From assembly GCA_044463245.1 (NCBI GenBank), contig JBIQMO010000002.1:10338-74337 (forward strand): a stretch of 64,000 nt of DNA. Direction: 5' to 3'. Below the pieces are notes generated by a model. The model did not search any database, was not told the DNA's origin, and saw only the letters and a list, made by a program, of their open reading frames with translations. The position numbers and the translations under genes were made by a program. This stretch comes from Gemmatimonas aurantiaca. Lineage in GTDB: Bacteria > Gemmatimonadota > Gemmatimonadetes > Gemmatimonadales > Gemmatimonadaceae. Each line of letters starts with the position of its first letter. Position 1 is the first letter of the stretch. Positions 29,682 through 37,941 of this stretch are shown in pieces.

Positions 29682-31313
29682 ATGCCCGACCAGCCCGACG
29701 ACGCCCCCAAGCGGCAGCAGCGCGGCGTCTTTCCTCCCTTCTTCGCGCCCCGCAACGGAAGCCGCCCCGACGGCTCGCCGATGCATCCCAGCGGCTCCTG
29801 GCGGCGCGTCTCGCGCCTTTTCACCCCTCCCGAGGGTACGAGGCAGCGTCGCACACCTGCGGTCCCGCAGGCGCCGTATACGCCGCCCCTGAGCTCGGCG
29901 GAACCGGTCGTGCCGGCGGAGCCTCCGACGCCCGCACCCGAGATCGAGGAACTTTCGACCCCTCCTTCTCTCGAGGCGCCCGAGGCGATGGTCCAGGCGG
30001 GCGATGCGACCGAAGCACTGGAGACCCCCGCGGCCTCACTCGAGCTCGAGCACGCTGTCTCGGAGGAGATGGCGACGGAGGTTGACGCAGCGGCGCAGAA
30101 GGGCGACACGGGCGGCGTCGGCGAGGACGTCCAGACCTTCTACGCTTCCTCGCTGGAGCCCGGGGGCGACTCGCTCGATGCAATGGCCGGACTGGCCTTC
30201 GCCCCCGGCGTGGATGACTTCGTGGTCGAGTCGCTCGAGCCCCAGCCGATCTCGCTCGATCCATCCGATGCTGCGGGGATGGACGTGGCCGTCGAGTCGA
30301 TGGACGGGCTCCTCGCGCAGAGCGCCGCGGAAACGGCCGCCGAGCCCCTCGCCCCCGGCGTGACTTACGACGAGATGTTCTCCCCAGCGTCGTACGAGGG
30401 TGGGGGGAGCGTAGAGTCCACGCCGACGAACGAAGAGCTCGAGAGCGTGGAGCGGTACCTGGAGGACGAACCCGCGTTCACGAACGATCAGGTCGGAGTC
30501 GCCGCTCGGGGTGAGGAGGCGATCGCCGAGTACGAGCGCGAGTCGCTGGTCGAAGAGGACCACCCGGCAGCGGCGATCTCGGATGGCGAGCCGATCGTCG
30601 CTGGCGATTCGATCGGGAACGAGGCGGCCGAGATCGATCCGTGGGCCGGAACCGAGCTCCCGGAGCCCGCGTTCGGCAGCATAGGCTGGCCACCCAGTGA
30701 CGCCGGCGCGCCGGTATCCGATTCGGTGGTGGACGAGGTGGACGAGATGAGCGCGGCTCTCGCGTGGAGCGCTGACGATCACGACGTGAGCACGCCCGGG
30801 CACCGCGATCGTGCGAGCCACGACGACGCGAGTGGCACGGACGACGACGCGCTCTCCGCCATGGTGGGCGAGCTGCGCGACAGCTCGTCCGCGTGGAAGA
30901 GCGAGAGCGATTCGATCGTGGACGAGAAGGCGGACGTCGCGGCGCGCGCACACTTCTACGCCGCCCCCGAACCGATCGATCCGGCGGATGAGCTCGTGGC
31001 GGCCCTGGAGGAGGATGCGTACTCCATCGATCACCCGGATGGGAGCGTGGGCGCCAGCGCCGAAGCAGCCGCCGAGGCGGTCGCGGAGCCTGTGCTGGAC
31101 GCCGCGACTGAAGCGGTGGCGGACGTCTCCGGCGCCGACGCGGGCCATGACGCGGGCGACGACGCGGGCGCGGCTATTGCGGACGCTCTCGCCCGCGTGG
31201 CGGCCAGGATTCGCTCCGGCGAAGTCGAGCTTCCGTCGGAGGCCGCCGGCACGAGCGACGAGAGTGCGCTGGCCGCCGCGCTCGCGGCGCTACTGAGGGG
31301 TCCGCGGCGCTGA
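29682..31313 (+). CDS. Acidic Ala/Glu/Asp/Pro-rich low-complexity protein
   Basis: 543-aa ORF with a basic, Pro-rich N-terminus and then a long acidic low-complexity body. No recognisable domain. Support comes from length and from the junk-like composition of the opposite-strand ORFs. Confidence 0.5.
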   Translation: MPDQPDDAPKRQQRGVFPPFFAPRNGSRPDGSPMHPSGSWRRVSRLFTPPEGTRQRRTPAVPQAPYTPPLSSAEPVVPAEPPTPAPEIEELSTPPSLEAPEAMVQAGDATEALETPAASLELEHAVSEEMATEVDAAAQKGDTGGVGEDVQTFYASSLEPGGDSLDAMAGLAFAPGVDDFVVESLEPQPISLDPSDAAGMDVAVESMDGLLAQSAAETAAEPLAPGVTYDEMFSPASYEGGGSVESTPTNEELESVERYLEDEPAFTNDQVGVAARGEEAIAEYERESLVEEDHPAAAISDGEPIVAGDSIGNEAAEIDPWAGTELPEPAFGSIGWPPSDAGAPVSDSVVDEVDEMSAALAWSADDHDVSTPGHRDRASHDDASGTDDDALSAMVGELRDSSSAWKSESDSIVDEKADVAARAHFYAAPEPIDPADELVAALEEDAYSIDHPDGSVGASAEAAAEAVAEPVLDAATEAVADVSGADAGHDAGDDAGAAIADALARVAARIRSGEVELPSEAAGTSDESALAAALAALLRGPRR

Positions 31314-31316
31314 CCG

Positions 31317-31601
31317 GTGATGTCGCGCTATCGGCTGCGAGTGACGGGAGTGGTGCAGGGGGTCGGCTTCAGGTGGTTCACCATGCGTGCGGCGCGGCGG
31401 CTCGAGCTGGCGGGGTGGGTACGCAACGCCGCTGATGGAAGCGTGGAGGTCCTCGTGGAGGGGAGCGAAGGGGCAGTGGATCGACTGGTGGAGGAGCTCC
31501 GGAGGGGGCCGGACGGCGCGTCCGTAGCGGCTGTGAGCCGCGCCGCCGAGGCGGGTGGAGAGCGCCTCCCTGCGCCCTTCGAGATCGTGAGGCGAGGGTG
31601 A
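31317..31601 (+). CDS. acyP: Acylphosphatase
   Basis: VTGVVQGVGFRWF and GWVRNAADGSVEVLVEG in a 94-aa ORF. Confidence 0.88.
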   Translation: MMSRYRLRVTGVVQGVGFRWFTMRAARRLELAGWVRNAADGSVEVLVEGSEGAVDRLVEELRRGPDGASVAAVSRAAEAGGERLPAPFEIVRRG

Positions 31602-32164
31602 CGGTGCGAGCCGGCAGTGCCGATCAGCGGCTCCCGCGCCGCGAGCTGGAGGAGGCGCTGCGCCACACTATCCGCGACATTCCCGACTTTCCCAGAGCGG
31701 GGATCGTGTTCAAGGACATCACCCCGGTCCTGCTCGACGCCACGCTCTTCCGCGAGGCGCTGCGCGCGATGGCCGAGCCCTTCGCTGGCGATGGGATAAC
31801 CCATGTGGCGGGGATCGAGAGCCGCGGCTTCATACTCGGTGCTCCGATCGCGCTGGCGCTTGGCGCCGCCTTCGTTCCAGTGCGCAAGCCGGGGAAGCTC
31901 CCCGCGCTGGTGGAGCGGGTGGACTATGCCCTGGAGTACGGGGTGGATGCGCTGGAGGTGCACCGCGACGCGCTCGGGGGAGGGCACAGGGTTCTTCTCG
32001 TGGACGACGTACTGGCGACCGGTGGGACGGCGGCGGCGGCCTGCGAGGTGATCGAGCGGCTCGGCGCGGCGGTGGTGGGCTGCAGTTTGTTGATGGTACT
32101 CTCCTTCCTCGACGGGGCGAAGCGTCTCGCAGGGCGCCGGGTCAGCACGCTGCTAACGTACTAG
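31598..32164 (+). CDS. apt: Adenine phosphoribosyltransferase
   Basis: PRPP-binding motif VLLVDDVLATGGTA. GTGA overlap with acyP. Confidence 0.92.
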   Translation: MTVRAGSADQRLPRRELEEALRHTIRDIPDFPRAGIVFKDITPVLLDATLFREALRAMAEPFAGDGITHVAGIESRGFILGAPIALALGAAFVPVRKPGKLPALVERVDYALEYGVDALEVHRDALGGGHRVLLVDDVLATGGTAAAACEVIERLGAAVVGCSLLMVLSFLDGAKRLAGRRVSTLLTY

Positions 32165-32200
32165 GGGAAGTGGCGGGGATCGAGCTCTGCCGCGCGCCAG

Positions 32201-32292
32201 GCCAGTTATGTCAAACTAGTGTACTTCCTGGCTGATGCTCGTTCGGGGCGTGGTGCGGGCAGGCCGGCCCGGAAGCGCCAGTTATGTCAAAC
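32201..32292. repeat. Two direct copies of GCCAGTTATGTCAAAC
   Basis: Identical 16-mers at 32201-32216 and 32277-32292, each followed by (C)TAGT, in the 520-bp apt-to-kinase spacer. Confidence 0.85.
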
Positions 32293-32402
32293 CTAGTCCG
32301 CGCCAGTGCCCGCTCACTCCTCCTCGAACCCACCTTATCATGATATGATCATCTACATGATCAAATGCTAGCTAAGCTCCTATATGCCACAAATTTGCAG
32401 TT

Positions 32403-32442
32403 CACTGTCGCAGAACTGTTGACTGTCGTGATACTGTTGTCG
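32403..32442. promoter_or_regulatory. Iterated ACTGTYG motifs (operator- or iteron-like)
   Basis: cACTGTCGcagaACTGTTGACTGTCGtgatACTGTTGtcgg gives four iterations in 40 nt. It lies downstream of an AT-rich block with TCATGA/TGATCA palindromes (32335-32365). Function unknown. Confidence 0.3.
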
Positions 32443-32684
32443 GGCCTCGGTCGTCTATCCTCGCGGGAAGCCGGCTTCAACCGCTGGTCGCTAGCCGCAA
32501 ATGCCTTCGCGTCGAGAAGGGGCGGAAGCCGGATGAGACGGCGCGGCGCTGGTGCCGCTCGACGCCGTTCTTGATTACGAACTCTGCCGTAACTACTCTT
32601 GCGAAGTCCCGTCCGTGCACGATTGCGGGTGCCGTCGCGGACCTCACACCACTACTCGCCATCCAAGGCGCATCCAAAGTGCTG

Positions 32685-34550
32685 ATGAAGGTTTCCGCTG
32701 CTCCCTGGAACTCGCTCGACCGCAAGCTTCCCGTCCTCATCGCCGCCGCCATAATCGCCACTGTCGTGGTCCTATCCGCCGGCGCATACCACCTGGTCCA
32801 GCGGGTACTCCTCGATGCCGCCGGCGAGCGCTTGCTCGGCGTCTCCGCTCCGATCGCCCTCTCCCTGCAGGAGAGCGCGCGAAGGCAGCGCACCCGCTAC
32901 GCCAACATTGCTCGAGATCCGGCCATAAGCCGCTTCCTCCGCACGGGCGGTGATCGGGATGCTGCCTTCCGGGCGCTCACTCGTGCCTACGAGGCGGAAG
33001 CGACTCCGCGGCCACCCGCCAGGATCGAGCTGAGAAATGCCGCCGGCGCTGTGGTGCTGGATACCATCGTGCCGGGCGCCCCTGCATCACTGGCCTGGGC
33101 CGAGCGGATGATCGCCAGCGACACCGCACGAGCGGGGCAAACTCTGGTCGCTCCACTCTTCGCGGAGGGCGACGCGGTCGTCAGTGGCTCGATCGTCGCC
33201 GTTCCGGCGCCGGAAGCCGTCGGCGCCGCCAGCGACGGCACGGGTGAGCCGGCGGTGATCGGCTATATCATCGACTCGCGGGCCGTATCGGGGACGGGAG
33301 TAAGGGCGATCCGCGACCTCGTGGGGAAGGGGGCCACTTTCGTGGTTGGGTCTCCGGACGAGGGGATATGGACGGATCTGGAGGGCTTGGCCGCGCCCCC
33401 CCCACGCACCGTCAAGGCCGGCGCGGCGCTCGCGTTCGACTCCTCGGCTCACGGGCCGGGGGTCGGGGCCGCGACCGCTATCGCCGGCACACCCTGGATG
33501 CTCTGGGTGCAGCAGCCGGAAGACGTAGTGCTCGCTCCCATGCACGACCTGAGCCGCAGGTTGGCGCTCCCCTCCATCCTCATCGTGGTCCTCGCCGCAC
33601 TCGGTGCCTGGATGCTGAGTCGGCAGGTCACCGGCCCGATCGTAGCCCTGGCAGATGCCGCCGATCGCGTTGCCGCGGACGCGGGCGCCGCGTCACTCGG
33701 TAGGCCACAGCGTGATGAGATAGCCCGCCTGCGCGACGCCTTCGCGAGGATGTCCACACGCGTCAGAGAGACCACCGAGCAGCTCGAAGGGCTGGTCGCC
33801 GAGAGAACCGCTCGCCTGGAGGTCGCGCTGGACGACCTCGAGATCGCTCAGCAGGAGCTGGTCAAGAAGGAGCGACTCGCAATGCTCGGCCAGCTCGCGA
33901 GTGCCGTCGGGCACGAGCTGCGGAATCCTCTCGGAGTCATGACCAACGCTCTCTACGTCATTGAGCAGTCCAGCCTGGATGGCCCGCCGATGGTGCGCGA
34001 ATACGTCGATCTGGTCCGCGGCCAGATCGCGGCCTCCGAGCGGATCGTCGGCGACCTGCTCGATACCGCACGCGTGCGCGCGCCGGAACCGGAGTCGATC
34101 GACCTCCATGAGGTGGTCGACGCTCAGGTGCGACACCTCGGGCCACTGGCGGAGGTCGCCATCGATGCGCAGCTGCCGGACGATCTCCCGCGGGTGTGCA
34201 TGGACCCGCTCCAGGTTTCGCAGATCATCTTCAATCTCATGACCAACGCCATTCAAGCCATGCCCGATGGGGGCAGGTTGACGATTGCCGCGCAGGCGGA
34301 TGAGTCCGCGGCGCGCGTGAAGCTGTCCATCAACGATACCGGCGCCGGCATCGCGCCCGATGCCATGGAGCGCATCTTCGAACCTCTCTTCACGACCAAA
34401 GCGCGCGGCCTTGGCCTCGGCCTCTGGGTCTCGCAGAATCTCGCCAATGCCAACGGCGCGGTCATCCGGGCCGCGAGCCGAAGCGGCGAAGGTGCCACCT
34501 TCACCCTCGACATGCCGGTGATGGTAGATGCAGCGAGCGTAGTCTCGTGA
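32685..34550 (+). CDS. Sensor histidine kinase (periplasmic sensor, HAMP-like linker)
   Basis: H-box LASAVGHELRNPLG, N-box IFNLMTNAIQA, and G-boxes INDTGAGI and GLGLGLW. ATG 32685 precedes the first TM segment. Confidence 0.85.
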   Translation: MKVSAAPWNSLDRKLPVLIAAAIIATVVVLSAGAYHLVQRVLLDAAGERLLGVSAPIALSLQESARRQRTRYANIARDPAISRFLRTGGDRDAAFRALTRAYEAEATPRPPARIELRNAAGAVVLDTIVPGAPASLAWAERMIASDTARAGQTLVAPLFAEGDAVVSGSIVAVPAPEAVGAASDGTGEPAVIGYIIDSRAVSGTGVRAIRDLVGKGATFVVGSPDEGIWTDLEGLAAPPPRTVKAGAALAFDSSAHGPGVGAATAIAGTPWMLWVQQPEDVVLAPMHDLSRRLALPSILIVVLAALGAWMLSRQVTGPIVALADAADRVAADAGAASLGRPQRDEIARLRDAFARMSTRVRETTEQLEGLVAERTARLEVALDDLEIAQQELVKKERLAMLGQLASAVGHELRNPLGVMTNALYVIEQSSLDGPPMVREYVDLVRGQIAASERIVGDLLDTARVRAPEPESIDLHEVVDAQVRHLGPLAEVAIDAQLPDDLPRVCMDPLQVSQIIFNLMTNAIQAMPDGGRLTIAAQADESAARVKLSINDTGAGIAPDAMERIFEPLFTTKARGLGLGLWVSQNLANANGAVIRAASRSGEGATFTLDMPVMVDAASVVS

Positions 34551-35275
34551 ACGCGCACGGACGGCTGCTCGTGGTGGACGACGACCGCGGGATGGTACGC
34601 TCGCTCTGCGATGTTCTCCGCATCTCCGGATGGGAGCCCGTCGGTGCACACAGCGGGGAAGAGGCCCTCAGGGAAGTCGATCGCGCACGCTTCAGCGCAG
34701 TCATCATGGACGTGCGCATGACGGGAATCTCGGGCGTGGAAGCGTTGGGTGCGATGCGGCAAAGGCATCCGACGCTGCCCGTCATCCTGATGACGGCCTA
34801 CGCCAGCGACGATCTTCTCGAGCAGGCGCGTGGTTCGGGAGCTGCCCGCATCCTGCACAAGCCAGTCGCGGTACCCGGCCTGCTGAAGCAGCTCGAGATG
34901 CTGAGCAGTATGCGCCGAGCCATTCTCGTCGTGGACGACGATCCCGCCTTCCTGGCATCCCTCTCGACGCTTCTCACCAAGCGCGAGTACACGGTATTCC
35001 AGGCGACTTCGCTCGACGAGGCGACGGCCCAGCTCCGCCTGCACGCTCCCCCGCTCGTCCTCCTGGACCTGCGGCTCGCCGATGTAGATCCGGCGACCGT
35101 GGTGGCCAGTGCTCAGCGCGCCAACGCCACCACCGCGATCATTCTCTGCAGCGGCTACCACGGACTGCTCGACAAAATGGCCGAGGAGACCCTCGGTCCC
35201 CGCGTGGTGGGAACGATGCGCAAGCCTTTCGAGATCGACCAGCTCACAGGGATGCTCGATGAACTCCTCTACTGA
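34547..35275 (+). CDS. Response regulator with two receiver domains and no output domain
   Basis: Two receiver-like segments: LLVVDDDRGM..VIMDVRMTGISG and ILVVDDDPAF..LVLLDLRLAD. GTGA overlap with the kinase. Confidence 0.8.
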   Translation: MNAHGRLLVVDDDRGMVRSLCDVLRISGWEPVGAHSGEEALREVDRARFSAVIMDVRMTGISGVEALGAMRQRHPTLPVILMTAYASDDLLEQARGSGAARILHKPVAVPGLLKQLEMLSSMRRAILVVDDDPAFLASLSTLLTKREYTVFQATSLDEATAQLRLHAPPLVLLDLRLADVDPATVVASAQRANATTAIILCSGYHGLLDKMAEETLGPRVVGTMRKPFEIDQLTGMLDELLY

Positions 35276-37196
35276 GCCGCTGCGCGTTCTGGTCATCGAC
35301 GACGATCCGGCGCTCCTCCGGACCACCGCGGACGTGCTGCGACTGCGCGGCTTCCGCGCCGAGGTGGCACAGAGCGGCGGCCGCGCCCTCTCTCTGGCTT
35401 CGGCGCTGCTTCCGGCTGTCGCACTCGTGGACCTCCGTCTGCCCGACATGGACGGGCTCGATCTGGTCACGCGGTTGCACGAGGTGAGCGCGCCGACCGA
35501 GATCGTGGTGCTCACGGGCAACGCGTCGATCAACAGCGCCGTGCGTGCGCTGCGCGAACAGATCTTCGACTACCTCGTCAAGCCCATCGCGCCCGACCAA
35601 CTCGCGAGTACGCTCGATCGCGCGGGTGAGCGCTGGCGCAGGCGCAAGGCGGAGCTCGCGCTTGCATCCAGTCAGCGGCGATTCCGCTCTCTGATCGAGA
35701 ACGCGAGCGACCTCATCACGATCCTCGCGGATGGCGATACGATCGAGTACGCCAGTCCGGCGTACGAGCGTGCCACCGGCTCGAGCGCGGACTCGATGAT
35801 CGGCACGAGCATACTCGAGCGCGTTCACGGCGACGACGTGGATGCTCTCCGGCGGGCGATCGGCGAGTGCGCGAGATCCGGGGCGGTGGGGAAGCCGGTC
35901 AAACTCAGACTCATGGGAGAGGACGGAGCGTGGCATGCCTACATGGGTACCGTTCGGGATTTTCGGAACGATCCGTCGATCGGCGGCGTGGTGCTCAATG
36001 CCCATGACGTCACCGAACGCGAAGCGCTCGAGGCGCAGCTGCGCCGCGCGCAGAAGATGGAGGCCGTGGGGCAGCTCGCCGGCGGTATCGCGCACGACTT
36101 CAACAATCTCCTCACGGTCATCACCAGCTACAGCGGCATGCTCCTCTCCGAGCCCGGCCACGACGAGGCACTCCGTGCCGACATCGCCGAGATCGAGCTC
36201 GCCGCGGTGCGGGCCGCGGCTCTCACGCGGCAACTCCTGGCGTTCAGCCGCCGCCAGGTGCTGCAGCCTCAGTATCTCGATCTGAATCAGGTCGTTCAGA
36301 ACCTGGAGAAGCTGCTGCGGCGGCTCATCCGCGAGGACATCGATCTCATCACCACGCTCACGTCGGAGCCCACGCAGGTCCACGCTGATCTCGGACAGCT
36401 GGAGCAGGTGATAGTGAACCTCGTCGTGAACGCGCGGGATGCCATGTCGGAAGGCGGGCGGATCGAGATCGAGACGTCGACGATCGAGCTCGACGATGGC
36501 TTCACCGTAAACGACGCTCCCATCACGCCCGGCCCCCACGTCATGCTCACGGTCAGTGACGACGGCTGCGGGATGGACGATGCGACGCTGGCGCGGGTGT
36601 ACGAGCCATTCTTCACGACGAAGACTGGCGGTCGTGGTACTGGACTCGGACTGGCCACCGTGAGGTCGATCATCCAGCGTTCTGACGGCCACATCTGGTG
36701 TTACAGCGAGCCGGGTCGCGGAACCAGCTTCAAGATCTACCTGCCTTCAACGGCGGAGGCGCCCGCCGCGGTTCGCGCGGACGAGGGCCCCATGAAGCCT
36801 CTCTCCGGAACCGAGATGATCCTGCTCGTGGAGGACGAGGATCATGTCCGGACCGTAGCGAGCCGTATACTCCGTCGCAACGGCTACACGGTGCTCGAAG
36901 CCAGGACGGGCCCGGAGGCACTGCGGCTCTGGCGCGAGCATCCCGGCGAGATCGATCTGGTCGTGACGGACATGGTCATGCCCGACATGGGCGGGCGTGC
37001 GCTTTCCGACCGCGTCCGTTCCGAGCGGCCCGACACGCCGATCGTTTTCATGTCGGGGTACACCGAGGATGGCGCGTTCCAGCGCGGCGTGCTGGAGTCG
37101 GGAGAGAGCTACCTCGAGAAGCCGTTCGGTGAGGAGAGGCTTACCAGGGTGGTGCGACGTGCACTCTCGCGCGAGCGGCAAGTCGGCCATACTTGA
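35259..37196 (+). CDS. Hybrid histidine kinase (REC-PAS-HisKA-HATPase-REC)
   Basis: [44 protein letters not shown] and [25 protein letters not shown] 35259 is residue 51 of the ORF-track ORF. Confidence 0.88.
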   Translation: MNSSTEPLRVLVIDDDPALLRTTADVLRLRGFRAEVAQSGGRALSLASALLPAVALVDLRLPDMDGLDLVTRLHEVSAPTEIVVLTGNASINSAVRALREQIFDYLVKPIAPDQLASTLDRAGERWRRRKAELALASSQRRFRSLIENASDLITILADGDTIEYASPAYERATGSSADSMIGTSILERVHGDDVDALRRAIGECARSGAVGKPVKLRLMGEDGAWHAYMGTVRDFRNDPSIGGVVLNAHDVTEREALEAQLRRAQKMEAVGQLAGGIAHDFNNLLTVITSYSGMLLSEPGHDEALRADIAEIELAAVRAAALTRQLLAFSRRQVLQPQYLDLNQVVQNLEKLLRRLIREDIDLITTLTSEPTQVHADLGQLEQVIVNLVVNARDAMSEGGRIEIETSTIELDDGFTVNDAPITPGPHVMLTVSDDGCGMDDATLARVYEPFFTTKTGGRGTGLGLATVRSIIQRSDGHIWCYSEPGRGTSFKIYLPSTAEAPAAVRADEGPMKPLSGTEMILLVEDEDHVRTVASRILRRNGYTVLEARTGPEALRLWREHPGEIDLVVTDMVMPDMGGRALSDRVRSERPDTPIVFMSGYTEDGAFQRGVLESGESYLEKPFGEERLTRVVRRALSRERQVGHT

Positions 37197-37254
37197 GTGG
37201 CGTCGTCGCAAGCTGTAGCTTTTGTTACGCTACGCAGCCGCGGCCCGACGATTT

Positions 37255-37296
37255 GCCCCTGTAGCTCAGGTGGATAGAGCAGCGGTTTCCTAAACC
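37255..37296 (+). pseudogene. Truncated tRNA-Arg(CCU): 5' fragment only (acceptor 5' strand, D-arm, anticodon loop)
   Basis: GCCCCTG-TA-GCTC-AGGTGGATA-GAGC-A-GCGGT-TTCCTAA-ACC. Only 3 nt of the 3' anticodon stem are present, and there is no T-arm or 3' acceptor strand downstream. Confidence 0.7.
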
Positions 37297-37500
37297 CATA
37301 CCCTACCGAAGCGTCTGGTAGGGTATCTTGTTATGTGGCAATGTGTTGCCGTGGTGCTACCCCAGACTTAACCGTTGGCCTTGGGGTCAAACCTTGGGTA
37401 GCGTCCCCTCTTGGTTCCCGGTCGGGGGCGCCCCGCTAGCGCCGCACGCTCCGCCACGAGCGAGCTCGCCTGGGATGGCTCACCGCGTCCGCATCGCTTC

Positions 37501-37875
37501 GTGGTCATCCCTATTCCTGCGCCTGGGCGCCGGCTTGGTGGTCGGCCGGTGAACACTGGGGAGCTGACGGGCCTTGCCTGGCGTTCCACGCTGGGGCTGG
37601 CTCACGCTCACGGTGCGATGCTCGCCGACCCGATGCTGGCCACGCCGGAAGAGCCAACGCGGCTCGCAGCCACACTCGGGGCAGCGGTCTCCAGGCTGCC
37701 GCGACGCAGTGTGAGCGACTGGTTCGACGTGATGGCGCGCGTTCGCGCGGTAGGTCGTATCCTGCGGCCAGAGGACTACCGGTCAACGAGGGAGAGTTCC
37801 CTCGAAGAACTCACTGTGTGGATAGCGGAAAGTAGGAGGTTCGTAGTTGAGCAGCGCAGTCCGCGAACTCCCTAG
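37501..37875 (+). CDS. Hypothetical 124-aa protein, copy 1 of a duplicated gene
   Basis: Aligns end to end with ORF 45133-45507, with about 85 of 124 residues identical by hand alignment. GTG 37501 is the start equivalent to the copy-2 start. Confidence 0.5.
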   Translation: MVIPIPAPGRRLGGRPVNTGELTGLAWRSTLGLAHAHGAMLADPMLATPEEPTRLAATLGAAVSRLPRRSVSDWFDVMARVRAVGRILRPEDYRSTRESSLEELTVWIAESRRFVVEQRSPRTP

Positions 37876-37941
37876 AGGCGGCGGCGCCGTCTGATTCCGG
37901 CGGCTTAGAGAGCAAAGACACTGCTTTAGAAAAATAGACTC

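Noticed and set aside
37255-37435. A complete tRNA, or a tRNA interrupted by an intron
   Set aside because: CGGGGGC at 37423-37429 could pair with the acceptor 5' strand, but the 17 nt before it (CCCTCTTGGTTCCCGGT) cannot form a T-arm. The ~125-nt insert is too short and lacks group I intron hallmarks. The break is in the anticodon stem rather than the loop.
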